Part shown: one piece after another, positions 9,101-18,408 of the stretch | How positions within the stretch are numbered: the first letter of the stretch is position 1 | Layout of the letters: the number at the start of each line of letters is the position of its first letter | Source of the DNA: Arenimonas sp. | GTDB lineage: Bacteria > Pseudomonadota > Gammaproteobacteria > Xanthomonadales > Xanthomonadaceae | Reading direction: 5' to 3' | NCBI GenBank assembly: GCA_046596115.1 | Contig: JBKJMY010000276.1 | Coordinates: forward strand, 1 to 34,469 | DNA: 34,469 nucleotides | Made by a program: the position numbers and the translations under genes | Notes under the pieces: generated by a model | Database searches by the model: none | Told to the model about the DNA's origin: nothing | Seen by the model: only the letters and a program-made list of their open reading frames with translations

Positions 9101-9968
9101 GTAGCGCGTCCCAGGCCCTGGCAATGTTGGACGCCTTGACCGACCCTGCGTTCAGCGACTTGTCGGCACAGGCAGCCAGCAGTGACGCGTGGGCTTCATC
9201 GCCGTGTTTTGCAAACGCAGCGGCGAGCGCAATGCGCGCCGCGCGCAAGGCATCACCGGCTTGCGCAGACTCGGAGGTCGGTGGCTCGGGTGGCGGCAGC
9301 AGTCCATCCAGCGCCATCGCATCGCGCAGGAAGCCCGCCAGCGCCTTTGGCGACGACCATAGCGACAACAGGGTTTGCGCATCGGGCTGCGCGCGCGAAT
9401 GCTCGCGCCAGAACTCCAGCGCCACCTCGTGCCGCAACTCGGATTCGTCGAGCAGCACGTCGTACGCAGTCAACGGCCGGCCGGCTACCAGCGCGTGGTC
9501 GCGCAAGGCGCGCTGGCAGAAGCCATGGATGGTATGGATCGGCGCGAGATCCATCTGCTCGGCGGCGCGGCGCAGGCGTGCAAGCAGCGCCGGTACGCCC
9601 TCGCGCGCGCTCGCACCGACCAGCAGGCGCTTGGCCAGGGCGATATGCGCATGGTCGGCGGAATCGGCCCGCAACGCGGCGATCGGATCATCGCGCTCGA
9701 GCAGCTTCAACGCGTTGAGCAAGCGGCCGCGCAGTTGCTCACGCAGATCCTTGGTTGCCGCCTCGGTGAAAGTGACCGCCAGCAGGCGTGACACCGGCAA
9801 GCCGAGCTCGATCACCAGGCGCGAATACAGGGTCGCCACGGTGAAGGTCTTGCCGGTGCCGGCGCTGGCCTCGAGCAACTGGATGCCGGCGATCGGGATG
9901 CGCAGGGCCAGATCCAGGTTGGCATCGCCCATTGCGGCTTCGTCGCGCACTGGTGTGTGCTCAGTCAT
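6123..9968 (-). CDS. recB: Exodeoxyribonuclease V beta subunit RecB
   Basis: EASAGTGKTFT, VTFTEAAT, LVDEFQDTD, IGDPKQAIYRFRGGD, MTLHVSKGL, LLYVGLTRAR and the C-terminal nuclease motif GFIDLVY...LDYKSN. Start MTEHTP at 9968 overlaps the recC stop (ATGACTGA). Confidence 0.96.
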   Translation of the reverse strand: MTEHTPVRDEAAMGDANLDLALRIPIAGIQLLEASAGTGKTFTVATLYSRLVIELGLPVSRLLAVTFTEAATKDLREQLRGRLLNALKLLERDDPIAALRADSADHAHIALAKRLLVGASAREGVPALLARLRRAAEQMDLAPIHTIHGFCQRALRDHALVAGRPLTAYDVLLDESELRHEVALEFWREHSRAQPDAQTLLSLWSSPKALAGFLRDAMALDGLLPPPEPPTSESAQAGDALRAARIALAAAFAKHGDEAHASLLAACADKSLNAGSVKASNIARAWDALRHWSSPADDDPSDGKLATFSSSMLAKRTNKNKTTPQSPLFDAVQAWVEAAEANEQSQQVARIAMIHAARDFAIARCAALKQSRGLMGFDDMIRGVHTCLARDVDGGFAAALQRQYAIALVDEFQDTDPRQWDIFRRLFGQPANTDADADANVDADAYAMSDGDGDGDGDGDTPRALFLIGDPKQAIYRFRGGDVATYLQAQSEAAATHTLRRNFRSRPRALAATEAMFTLRGPGAFDQPGIAFEPVEPGGSCNDDALRIDGADAPALVLLPVREDPLDTSIDRSREAATAACVAAIHSLLSAAQAGRAVLTDRHGTTRAVAPGDISVLVPRHRDGEAVQRALSARGIPSVSAGRLSLYQTDEATHLCWLLEALLAPADDGRLRAALATPLFGLDAAQIAAFDTDLPSHRIWQDKLEHWQERVRRHGPMALVGELCEAQAARLLGWPDGERRVSNYLQLAEALQSGVDRAPGLAGLLADLETRIAQAEDVSDEDLLRLESDSARVRIMTLHVSKGLTLDLVFLPFAATSSGSQRAGKPPMARHHIGLDRLATLYPDKDDPATRQETRETRAEQIRLLYVGLTRARLATWIGWGAVKDAHKTALGWLLHRPAGAERANDSAANDGAVDDGAVDDSMASVCAGDDGMADDVMVELAKLDDNAVQARLHELQALAPDAIAIAPAVTIEAVDTLPRLRFVDAVATPPARVPLRQYDRDWWVYSFSQLAREEGLAEAQPADDERDVVTTLDYSRYAGPRFGNALHRALERVDFAAWLDWRGPAPPTGQFDAVVEALAQHGFDTEGDRSEGVTQLSALIGETLNAPMPEGTRLALLPAARRIAEMEFHLSLAPVTVDALLATLHAHGLVQARHGFGLRQRIEGLLTGFIDLVYEADGRHYVLDYKSNQLPGYDHASLQRAVRDAEYDLQYVLYSLALHRWLQFRMGADYDIARHLGGVRYVFSRGLDRNDPARPGLHAVTLPPAFVLALDALLRHRPAA

Positions 9969-12900
9969 CGCCAGCCCCTGCGCCTGCGCCTGCCCCGATG
10001 TTCGCGTCGACCCCGATGTTCGCGCCAGCTGCCGATGTCGCGGCTTGGCCACATGACGATGCGTTGGTACCCGCGGGTAGGCAGGAAAAAATTTCCGCAG
10101 CCAGGATCTGCATCCGCGCGGTTTGCGCAGCATGTTCGAACGGCATCGCGCCACGCAGGGCGATGCGCACCGCTGCATCGCTGCCTTCGCCGTTCGCGCC
10201 GGACCAGGAATTGCGCGCTTGCTTGCGCGCCGTCTCGTCATCGCCCGCGAGCCACAACAGGTGACCGGCCTTGGGCATGAAGGCCAGCGCCTCCAGTCGT
10301 GCCCGCGCGGCCAGTTGCAGAAGTGCCTGGAGATTGGCGCGCGCTTGGGCGGCGGGCATCGGTGCAATCGTTTCGATGCCGCCATCGAGCACAAAGCGCG
10401 AGATCGGCGTCGTCTCGCCCAGCGCTGACCAGGCCAGTGCGTCCACGCCGAGCGCGATCAGGCTGCGGCCATGGCCTTTGCTGGCGCTGAATTGGCGCAG
10501 CCCGCCATCGTGTACTCGCGGCAACACGCCGGCCAGGCGATGCGCGCCAAGGTCGAGTTGCCAAGGCAGCGGCCGGGTCGCGCCGGCATTGCGCCAGGCG
10601 TCGAAGGCCGGTGCCAGTCGTTGGATCGATTGCCGTAGCGCGTCGCGGCCCGCCGCGCCGGGCGCGATGCGGCCTTCGGCCAGCAGGCGCGCGGCCAATG
10701 CATCCACGCCCACCGGCGCGTGCGAGGGCAGGTCGAATGCAAGGTCGAACACGCGGGTATCGAGTTGCCAGCGGCCCAGGCCGTCGTTGCCGTCGAAGGG
10801 TTCTTCGTCGGGCAGCAGCTCGTCGCGCTCGGGCGTACGCAGGCCGAGGCGCTCGGCCAGGAATTCCCGTGGTGGATGGGCGAGTGCGCGTACCAGTTGA
10901 TCGCGGGTCCAGTCCAGCGGCGCTTCCATCGCCGGCGGATCCAGGGCGCGCGCGAACGGCGCCGCACTGCGCCGCTCCTGGTTGCCTGCAATGGCAGCAT
11001 CACTCCAGCCGCGTCGGTAGCTGAAGCGACGTGCATCGGCGCCCTGGCCGGCGTCACCACCCAGTGCCGCCGGGGAAAACGGCTGCAGCGGATGCACCAC
11101 CAGCAAGTCGCGGCGGGCAAGCTCGGGATCGCCAAAGTAGCGGGCGGCGATGTCGAGCAACTCGGACACCACCACCGAGGGCGGCAAGCTTTCACCACTG
11201 CGCGGGTCCTGGCCAAGGTAACTGACATGAAACGCCTGCGTGGCGGCCGAAAACAATTGCAGGAACAGCGCGCGATCATCATCGCGGATCGAGCGATCGC
11301 CGAGCTTGCGCTGCGGTCCGCCCAGCGCGGCGGCGAGGCGATTGACTCCGGCGGGTGGATCGCGGCGCGGGAACTCGCCATCGCTCATGCCGAGCAGGCA
11401 GATCACCTTGAACGGCACCAGCCGCATCGGCACCATCTTGCCGAAGGTGACACCGCCGGTGAGGAACGGTTGGCGACCGTTGTCCTCATCAAGTGCCGCG
11501 TTGAACCAGTCGCGTACCACTGACGCTGCGACCGGCTCGACAATACCGGCCGCGAACGACTCATCGGCAAACTGCTTGACCAGTGCGCGCAGGAATTCCA
11601 GCGCGCGCCCGTCGCCGGGATCGCGCGGCACCTCCGGGAACAGTGCCTCGAGCAACTGCGACAGTGCCGCCTGCCAGGCGGCTGGCGCGCGCGCGGCCGC
11701 AAGCGCGCGTTGGCCATGCGCGAGCGCCCGCAGCGCCTGCAGCAGGCGATCGAACGATGCCAGGGCGCTGCCCTCAAGCACCGGCAGCGGCGCGATGGCA
11801 TCGATGTTGTCATCGCTGCCGGTGGCGTGTCCGAGCAGCAGGCGATCCAGCGCCCAGGCCCAGGTGAAGGCGTCCTCGCGCGGCGCGCCGAGCGCGGCGC
11901 GATGGTCCGCATCCAGGCCCCAGCGCGCACCTGCAGCCTGCAACCAGGCAGACAGGGTGTCCAGCTCGACCGATGCAATGCCGAAGCGTTCGGCGATCGC
12001 GCCCACCGAGAGCAGGGCGAGCACGTCGTTGATCCCGAAGCGCGCCTCGGGCAGCGCGAGCAATTGCACGAAGGCCTGCGCCACCGGTTGCGTTGCCAGC
12101 GCGCTACCGTCGCCGATCGCAAACGGAATGGCCTGGCGCGGCGCGGATTCGGCACCGAACACCGCCTGCACGAACGGCGAATAGGCGTCGATGTCCGGGG
12201 TGAGCACGGCGATGTCGCGCGGCTGCAAGCCGGGATCGGACTCGAGCAGGGCGCGCAGTTGTTCGTGCAGCACCTGCACTTCGCGCAACCGGGTGTGGCA
12301 GCTGTGAACCTGCAGGGACGCGTCCACCCGCCCATTGGTGGCGTAAAGCGGCAAGCCGGCGCGCCTGGCCGGATCGAGGTCGGGCGGCGGGCGGCGCTCG
12401 AGCAGGTCGCGCTGCAGGCGGTGCAGCAGCCCGGTGCGCAGTTCTGGATCCGGCCCAACGTAAAGCGGCTCCTCGAAATCCGGATGCACGACCTCGTAGG
12501 AAAACAGCGTGCGTACGAAGTCGCGTCCGGCCGACCCATTGGCCCGCAGAAGCGGGTTTTCGCTGTCGGAAAACACTGTATCGGGGGCATCGCGCAGCAG
12601 TTCGCGGGTGCTGCGCAAATCGCCCCACCAGCCGCGCACCGGCGAGAGAAAGTAGAAGTGCACGATTCCCGAGCGCGAGGCGCTGGCGATGACGCGCAGC
12701 ACGTCGGGCGACACGTTCTGCGTGGCGAAGGCGAACACCCGCCCGGGCAGCCCGGCTGGAGCAGCATCGCCGCCGGCGCCGAAGCGTTGCAGGTAGGCAT
12801 CCACGCGCCGCGCGCGGTGGCTCAGCCCATGCGTGGCTAGCCGCCACAACTCGGCCTGCCAGTCGTCGCGGCCCGCACCGCGGTCCCAGCCCAGCAGCCA

Positions 12901-13356
12901 GTCGCGCCGCCATGCCTGGTATTTCTCGAAGGCGTCGGCCACCTCGCCGGCAAGCTGCCAGGCCGCCAGCGCCGGATCGGCACCACCGAGCAGGGGCTGC
13001 AGCGGCCGAAGCACCGGGGCGCGCATTTGCGCCGGATCCGACAGCACCCGCCACAGCCGCCAGCGCAGCCGCCGCGGATCCGCGATCGCCGCGGCACTGG
13101 CATCAGGCACGTTGCCATCCAGTGCACGCGCGACGAATTCGCCCGGTGCCAGGAATTCCAGATTGGCCGCGATGCCATGCACTTCGGCCAGGTGTTTCTG
13201 CAGCCAGCGGCGCATCGCCGGCTGCGGGATCAGCACCGTGTCCGGGGCGAGCAGGGCATTGCCGGGCGCGGGCCGGGCCAGTTCCGCCGCCAGCAAGCCC
13301 GCCAACAGCTCGAGGTCGTTGCCGTGGTACAGGCGGAAATCGGTTGGCACAGGCAT
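9961..13356 (-). CDS. recC: Exodeoxyribonuclease V gamma subunit RecC
   Basis: FRLYHGNDLELL, SLQVHSCHTRLREVQVLHEQL, PRDIAVLTPDIDAYSPF, GGVTFGKMVPMRLVPFKVICLLGM and HPLQPFS. recC-recB-recD gene order. Start set at MPVPTD (13356). Confidence 0.95.
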   Translation of the reverse strand: MPVPTDFRLYHGNDLELLAGLLAAELARPAPGNALLAPDTVLIPQPAMRRWLQKHLAEVHGIAANLEFLAPGEFVARALDGNVPDASAAAIADPRRLRWRLWRVLSDPAQMRAPVLRPLQPLLGGADPALAAWQLAGEVADAFEKYQAWRRDWLLGWDRGAGRDDWQAELWRLATHGLSHRARRVDAYLQRFGAGGDAAPAGLPGRVFAFATQNVSPDVLRVIASASRSGIVHFYFLSPVRGWWGDLRSTRELLRDAPDTVFSDSENPLLRANGSAGRDFVRTLFSYEVVHPDFEEPLYVGPDPELRTGLLHRLQRDLLERRPPPDLDPARRAGLPLYATNGRVDASLQVHSCHTRLREVQVLHEQLRALLESDPGLQPRDIAVLTPDIDAYSPFVQAVFGAESAPRQAIPFAIGDGSALATQPVAQAFVQLLALPEARFGINDVLALLSVGAIAERFGIASVELDTLSAWLQAAGARWGLDADHRAALGAPREDAFTWAWALDRLLLGHATGSDDNIDAIAPLPVLEGSALASFDRLLQALRALAHGQRALAAARAPAAWQAALSQLLEALFPEVPRDPGDGRALEFLRALVKQFADESFAAGIVEPVAASVVRDWFNAALDEDNGRQPFLTGGVTFGKMVPMRLVPFKVICLLGMSDGEFPRRDPPAGVNRLAAALGGPQRKLGDRSIRDDDRALFLQLFSAATQAFHVSYLGQDPRSGESLPPSVVVSELLDIAARYFGDPELARRDLLVVHPLQPFSPAALGGDAGQGADARRFSYRRGWSDAAIAGNQERRSAAPFARALDPPAMEAPLDWTRDQLVRALAHPPREFLAERLGLRTPERDELLPDEEPFDGNDGLGRWQLDTRVFDLAFDLPSHAPVGVDALAARLLAEGRIAPGAAGRDALRQSIQRLAPAFDAWRNAGATRPLPWQLDLGAHRLAGVLPRVHDGGLRQFSASKGHGRSLIALGVDALAWSALGETTPISRFVLDGGIETIAPMPAAQARANLQALLQLAARARLEALAFMPKAGHLLWLAGDDETARKQARNSWSGANGEGSDAAVRIALRGAMPFEHAAQTARMQILAAEIFSCLPAGTNASSCGQAATSAAGANIGVDANIGAGAGAGAGDD

Positions 13357-13424
13357 CGGGTCATGATGCCCGAAGCAGTCGCACCGGTTGCGATTGCCGC
13401 GTGCGGCGCCCGTCTCGCACTGCA

Positions 13425-15044
13425 TCAATCCAGCGCCGCGTGGTCCTCGAAGCGAATCGAGTGCCGAATCCCGGGATTGAGCGGCTCCACCCGGTAGGCG
13501 CCCTGCTGGGCCAGCACGCGGTCGGTGATCGCCGGCAGCAGGTGCGGATCGATCGGGAACTCGACCACGGGCGCTGCCTCCATGTCGATGCACATGGACA
13601 CTTCGATCCGCTGCGGCTGCGCTGGCGAGATGTCCACCCGAACCAGTACGCGGCGGAACGATGTGCTGCGCGTTGCTTCGCGCACGGCGGCCTGGCAGAT
13701 CCGGTAGATCGTGGTCTTGGCGTCATCGGTGAGGGTGTCGAGGCGCCCGTGGAATGCCGTTTCGTAGGCGATGCCGCTGTCCTCGAGAGTGTCGCGCAAT
13801 GGCCCGAAGTCGAGCGCCTCGCGCAGGCCGTGGGTGTCGAGCGCCTGCGGGCGCAGGTTGCGCAGTACCCGACGCAGGCTGTCCTGCATCTCGCGCACCT
13901 GCTCGCGTACTGATTCCAGCAGCCGCAGCGTCTGTTCGTCGCGCACGTCGCGGAACGCCAGGCTGATGCGTGTGCTCAGCGCGTGGATCGAGCGGCCCAA
14001 CTCGTAGTCCAGTTCCACCGCCAATTCCCGCTGGCCCTGTTCCTCGAGACGGACCAGGCGCTGGCTGACCGAGCGCAACTCGGCGGCCGACTCGGTGAGC
14101 GATCGGTTCATCAAGGCCAGGTCGCGGTGCCGTGACGCGAGCCGTTCGTTGCTGCGTCGCAGCTCGCTGCTGGCAGCACCCAGCACCAGCCCGCCGCCGC
14201 CCATCACTGCCAGCGACAGCTGCAGGACACGGACATCCCACGGCAGCAGCCCGAACGCGACCAGGCCTTGCACCAGCAGTCCGGCGATCGCCACCGCCAC
14301 TGCTGCGCCCTCCCATCCGCGCCGGAACGCAATGGCAAAGATCGGCGTGAAGGCGAGCAGCAGCACGTACGGTTCCAGGTCGTGGCGGCGCCCGATCAAC
14401 CAGAACACCGCCAGCGCAAACAGCACCTGCGCCATGATATCCACCGCCAGTGCCCTGTCGATCCGCGCGCGCAGGTCGGGCCGCGCCAGTAGCACCAGCA
14501 GGGGCGCGAGCACCAATTGGCCCAGGAAATCGCCATACAGGAACCCGAAGGCGCCGATAATCCCGGCGCGCTGGTCTGCAGGCAGCAGGAACCACTGCAG
14601 CAGCGGTGACACGCTGGCCGCGGCCAGCACGCCGGCACTGAGCAAGAGCAGCATCCGCTTGGGATCGCCGATGCGTGATTGCGGCTCCGGGCCGCGCACC
14701 AGCCGCACCAGCGCGGCGTACACGAGCCAGGGAACCAGGCCGGTGCCGATGAAACGTTGATCGAACGCCCAGCCCTCATGCAGTGCGATCAGCGCCTGGC
14801 CGGTCCATTCACCCAGCAACAGCCAGCCCCAGCGCCGGGATGGAAGCACCCAGAGCGCGCCCAGGCGAAGGCCCGCGGGCAGGAACCAGAACCGGTGGGA
14901 CACCGCGGCCAAGGCGATCCAGGCCAGTGCGTAGGCGGCAGAGACCGCCGCCATCCGCCACCGCGACGCGGTCCAGTACCCGGTTGCAGTCACCTCCCGG
15001 GTCGAACGGGCGGCTAGCGGCTCGGTCTGCGCGGGTACGGCCAT
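13425..15044 (-). CDS. MASE1-domain membrane sensor with degenerate UhpB/NarX-type (HisKA_3) kinase core
   Basis: N-terminal multi-TM region (WFLPAGLRLGAL, GDFLGQLVLAP, AFRRGWEGA), then a coiled coil, LVRLEEQGQRELAVELDYELG, LRNLRPQALD and IYRICQ. Start uncertain; the ORF extends to 15146. Confidence 0.82.
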   Translation of the reverse strand: MAVPAQTEPLAARSTREVTATGYWTASRWRMAAVSAAYALAWIALAAVSHRFWFLPAGLRLGALWVLPSRRWGWLLLGEWTGQALIALHEGWAFDQRFIGTGLVPWLVYAALVRLVRGPEPQSRIGDPKRMLLLLSAGVLAAASVSPLLQWFLLPADQRAGIIGAFGFLYGDFLGQLVLAPLLVLLARPDLRARIDRALAVDIMAQVLFALAVFWLIGRRHDLEPYVLLLAFTPIFAIAFRRGWEGAAVAVAIAGLLVQGLVAFGLLPWDVRVLQLSLAVMGGGGLVLGAASSELRRSNERLASRHRDLALMNRSLTESAAELRSVSQRLVRLEEQGQRELAVELDYELGRSIHALSTRISLAFRDVRDEQTLRLLESVREQVREMQDSLRRVLRNLRPQALDTHGLREALDFGPLRDTLEDSGIAYETAFHGRLDTLTDDAKTTIYRICQAAVREATRSTSFRRVLVRVDISPAQPQRIEVSMCIDMEAAPVVEFPIDPHLLPAITDRVLAQQGAYRVEPLNPGIRHSIRFEDHAALD

Positions 15045-15134
15045 CGGCCGATTAGCCCGCAAGTCCCGGCCCCGGTCAAGGCCATTGATGTCAGAAAACA
15101 GCGCATTGCCTTCCGCCGGAGTACGCGCGGCCGA

Positions 15135-15140
15135 TATAAT
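15135..15140 (+). promoter_or_regulatory. Perfect sigma70 -10 hexamer upstream of cytochrome c5
   Basis: TATAAT 29 nt before the GTG start, in otherwise very GC-rich DNA. No convincing -35. Confidence 0.5.
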
Positions 15141-15169
15141 CGTCAACTTCGCCCCGTTCCGGATCGCCC

Positions 15170-15688
15170 GTGCGCACCTACGATCTCGTGTTCCTCAAGC
15201 ATTTCTCGCAGGTGATCGCCCTGTTGGTCAGCATCACGATCGTGCTGATCCTGCTCGGGATTTACATCAATGGCCTGAAGCCACCGGAGATCAACCGGGT
15301 TGCCGAAGCCGCCACGCTGGCACGCATCCAGCCTGCGGGCGGGGTCTATGCCGGTTCGACCGGCGCCGCCGCCCAGGCTGCCGCCGCGGCCGCCGCCGCC
15401 GATGCCGCCAAGGGCCAGGTTGCCTACGACGGCACCCTGGATGGCTCGGTGATCTTCGGCAACCTGTGCACTGGCTGCCATACCGCCGGCGTGGCCATGG
15501 CGCCGAAGCTGGAAAAGGCCGCCTGGGCCGCACGCATCGCCCAGGGCGTCGCAACCCTGCACGCGCATGCGATCAACGGCTACAACGGTCCGGACGGCGG
15601 CATCATGCCAGCCCGCGGCGGCAATCCGGCGCTCAGCGACGAGCAGGTCAAGGCCACCGTTGACTGGATGCTGACCCAGCTCAAGTAA
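15170..15688 (+). CDS. Membrane-anchored cytochrome c5 family protein
   Basis: N-terminal TM anchor, RIQPAGGVYAG, a single CTGCH heme motif, and HAINGY..GGIMPARGGNPALSDEQVKATVDWM with the axial Met. Confidence 0.92.
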   Translation: MRTYDLVFLKHFSQVIALLVSITIVLILLGIYINGLKPPEINRVAEAATLARIQPAGGVYAGSTGAAAQAAAAAAAADAAKGQVAYDGTLDGSVIFGNLCTGCHTAGVAMAPKLEKAAWAARIAQGVATLHAHAINGYNGPDGGIMPARGGNPALSDEQVKATVDWMLTQLK

Positions 15689-15749
15689 TCCGCCCTTGCA
15701 TCACCGATCGCGCCGCCTCCGGGCGGCGTCGTCGTCTCTGGAGCCCGAT

Positions 15750-17618
15750 ATGTCCAAGACCCGTGGCAGTGGCACCTTTCCGGTCGGGCTCCCGACGCGC
15801 ATCCGAACGGCCTGCAGCCTGGCCGTGCTGGGGCTGTTGGCGGCCTGCCAGGCCGGCAGCCATGGCAGCATCGCGGACGACCCGACGGGCGCGGCGGGCG
15901 CCGACGTGCCGGCGCCGGCGCGGGTCGCCATCGGCGCCGTGCAGGGTGCCGGCCTGCGCAGCCCGCTGCTGGGTCGGCAGGTCACGGTGCAGGGTGTGGT
16001 GACCGGGAATTTCGCGCGCGGCCTTGGCGGCGTGTTCGTACAGGACGCCGGTGACGGCGACCCGGCCACGTCCGATGGCCTGTTCGTACAGCACGCGGTG
16101 GACAACGACACCGAACACGGCGGCAACGAGCCGGTACTGCATCCGGGCGATCGGGTCGAAGTGTCCGGCACCGTGGCCGAATTGGGCGACAACGAGATGA
16201 GCACACTCACCGAGCTGCGCGACGCGGTCGTGCGCGTCATCGGCCGGGGCGATGTCGCGCCGCTGGTGTTGTCGGCCGCGCCCGCCGATGCCGCGGACTG
16301 GGAACGCTACGAAGGCATGCGCCTGGCGATCAGTGTGCCGCTCACCGTCTCCGACAACGATGGCCTGGCGCGCTACGGCGAATTGGTCGCAAGTTTTTCT
16401 GGCCGCCTGTTCCAGCCGACCGAGCTCGCCGCGCCCGGCCCCGACGCGGCGCGCGTCGCCCGCAACAACGCGCGCCGCAGGTTGCTGCTCGACGACAACC
16501 GCGACAGCAAGGATCCCGAGACCCTGTGGTTCCTGCCGCAGCCCCTGTCCGACGCCGCGCCCGTACGCGGCGGCAGCGAGCTGCGCCACGTCACCGGCAT
16601 CCTCGACCAGCGCCGCGGCAAGTACCGGCTGCAACTCACCAGTCCGCTCGATATCGTCCAGGCGCCGCGCCCGGCCGCACCCGATGTGCCAGGCGACGTG
16701 CGCGTGGCCAGTCTCAACCTGCTCAACCTGTTCAATGGCGACGGCCACGGCGGCGGGTTCCCGACCGAGCGCGGCGCGCAAACCGAGCCGCAGTACCGCA
16801 TGCAGCAACGCAAGCTGGTCGCGGTAGTGCAGGCACTGCGCCCCGACATCGCCGGCCTGATGGAAGTGGAGAACGATGGCAGCGGGCCGGACTCGTCCCT
16901 GGGCCAGTTCGTCGCCGCGCTCAATGCCGCCGGCCCGGTACGCGACTACGCATTGGTGCATACCGGCGAGCGACTGGGCAGCGATGCGATCCACGTCGCG
17001 ATGATTTTTCGCAGCAGCCGCGTGCACCTGCAGGGCAAGCCGGCCTTCCTCACCGGCGGCCCGTTCGAGAATCGTTCGCGGGTGCCCATGGCGCAGGCGT
17101 TTCGCGCCGGCAAGGGGCCGGTGTTCGTGGTCGAGGTGAACCACTTCAAGTCCAAGGGCTGTGGCCGTGATGCCGACGCCGCCAGCGGGCCGGAGAAGGA
17201 CCAGCACGACGGCCAGGGTTGCTGGACACCGATGCGGGTAGAGTCGGCACGCCGCGTCAATGCCTGGCTGGCCACCGACCCGACCCATGGTGGCGGCAGG
17301 TTGACCCTGCTGGTCGGCGACTTGAACGCGCATGCGATGGAAGATCCGCTGCGGCTGCTGCGCGAGGCGGGCTGGCAGGACGCGTTCACCCTGGCCAAGG
17401 TCAGCAGGCCCTACAGCTTCACCTTCGATGGGCAGGTGGGCCGACTGGACCATGCGCTGCTCACGCCGGCGCTGGCGCCCAGGTTGCGCGGGGCGGTGGA
17501 GTGGCACAACAACGCCGATGAATCCGATGCCTTCGACTATCACCGCGACAGCGACGGCGATACCTGGCGCGCGTCCGACCACGACCCGATCCTGCTTGGC
17601 CTGGATCTGCGGCGCTGA
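15750..17618 (+). CDS. ExeM/NucH family extracellular endonuclease (OB-fold + EEP domain), probable lipoprotein
   Basis: Lipobox LLAAC; IGAVQG..RSPLLGRQVTVQGVVTG; WERYEGM; VASLNLLNLFNG; GLMEVEN; NHFKSKG; GDLNAH; LDHAL; SDHDP. GGAG precedes ATG 15750. Confidence 0.92.
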   Translation: MSKTRGSGTFPVGLPTRIRTACSLAVLGLLAACQAGSHGSIADDPTGAAGADVPAPARVAIGAVQGAGLRSPLLGRQVTVQGVVTGNFARGLGGVFVQDAGDGDPATSDGLFVQHAVDNDTEHGGNEPVLHPGDRVEVSGTVAELGDNEMSTLTELRDAVVRVIGRGDVAPLVLSAAPADAADWERYEGMRLAISVPLTVSDNDGLARYGELVASFSGRLFQPTELAAPGPDAARVARNNARRRLLLDDNRDSKDPETLWFLPQPLSDAAPVRGGSELRHVTGILDQRRGKYRLQLTSPLDIVQAPRPAAPDVPGDVRVASLNLLNLFNGDGHGGGFPTERGAQTEPQYRMQQRKLVAVVQALRPDIAGLMEVENDGSGPDSSLGQFVAALNAAGPVRDYALVHTGERLGSDAIHVAMIFRSSRVHLQGKPAFLTGGPFENRSRVPMAQAFRAGKGPVFVVEVNHFKSKGCGRDADAASGPEKDQHDGQGCWTPMRVESARRVNAWLATDPTHGGGRLTLLVGDLNAHAMEDPLRLLREAGWQDAFTLAKVSRPYSFTFDGQVGRLDHALLTPALAPRLRGAVEWHNNADESDAFDYHRDSDGDTWRASDHDPILLGLDLRR

Positions 17619-17692
17619 GCGTCCGCGCGCAGGCGCGGGGCGCGGCTGGAAGCGCGTCCGCCCCGGCCCGTCCAGCCGTTATGATTCCCTGT

Positions 17693-18382
17693 ATGCCACC
17701 CGTCGCCACATCGCTGCCGAGTTTCCCGACCCAGTCGGGCAGCCTGCTCCTGCCCGGTCCGGCAGGCCTGCTGGAGCTGGCCGTGGACCTGCCGCAGGCA
17801 GCTGAGGCGCGCCGGGGCGTGGCCGTGCTCTGCCACCCCAATCCGCCCGACGGCGGCACCATGCACAACAAGGTCGTCACCATGGCCTCGCGTGCCCTGG
17901 TCGAGTGCGGCATCGCCACGGTGCGCTTCAACTTCCGCGGCGTCGGTCAGTCGGAAGGCGCGTTCGACAACGGTCGCGGCGAAGTACTCGACCAACTCGC
18001 CGTTGCGCGTTGGGCACAGGCCGCGCGCGCCGAAGACGCGCTCTGGCTCGGCGGATTTTCCTTCGGCGCCTGGGTGACGTTGAAGGCGGCGCGGCAATTG
18101 CCGGTCAAGCAGATGATCAGCATCGCGCCACCGGTGGGGTTTCGTGATTTCACCGGCGTGTTGCCACCACCCTGTCCCTGGCTGCTGATCCAGGGTGAGA
18201 CCGACGAGATCGTGGATGCTGCCGGCGTGTTCGCCTGGGCGGCGAAGCTGCAGCCGCCGCCGACGATCGTACGCATGCCCGACACCGGCCATTTCTTCCA
18301 TCGCCGCCTGCTCGACCTGCGCGGAGCGATCAAGAACGGCGTGCGCAAGAACCTGCCGCCGCTGTGCCTGGCCCAGGCCTAG
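17693..18382 (+). CDS. Alpha/beta fold hydrolase
   Basis: CHPNPPDGGTMHNKVV, VRFNFRGVGQSEG, nucleophile elbow GFSFG, IQGETDEIV and TGHFFH, giving a Ser-Asp-His triad. Confidence 0.92.
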   Translation: MPPVATSLPSFPTQSGSLLLPGPAGLLELAVDLPQAAEARRGVAVLCHPNPPDGGTMHNKVVTMASRALVECGIATVRFNFRGVGQSEGAFDNGRGEVLDQLAVARWAQAARAEDALWLGGFSFGAWVTLKAARQLPVKQMISIAPPVGFRDFTGVLPPPCPWLLIQGETDEIVDAAGVFAWAAKLQPPPTIVRMPDTGHFFHRRLLDLRGAIKNGVRKNLPPLCLAQA

Positions 18383-18408
18383 GCCGCGCCTGCCAGTGCA
18401 TCGCGCTA

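Noticed and set aside
9969-10394. N-terminal extension of recB in the ORF track (likewise recC 13357-13593, queF 19339-19584, rluE 31164-31793)
   Set aside because: These extensions overlap neighbouring genes. Family similarity starts at the downstream ATGs, which have coupling or promoter support.
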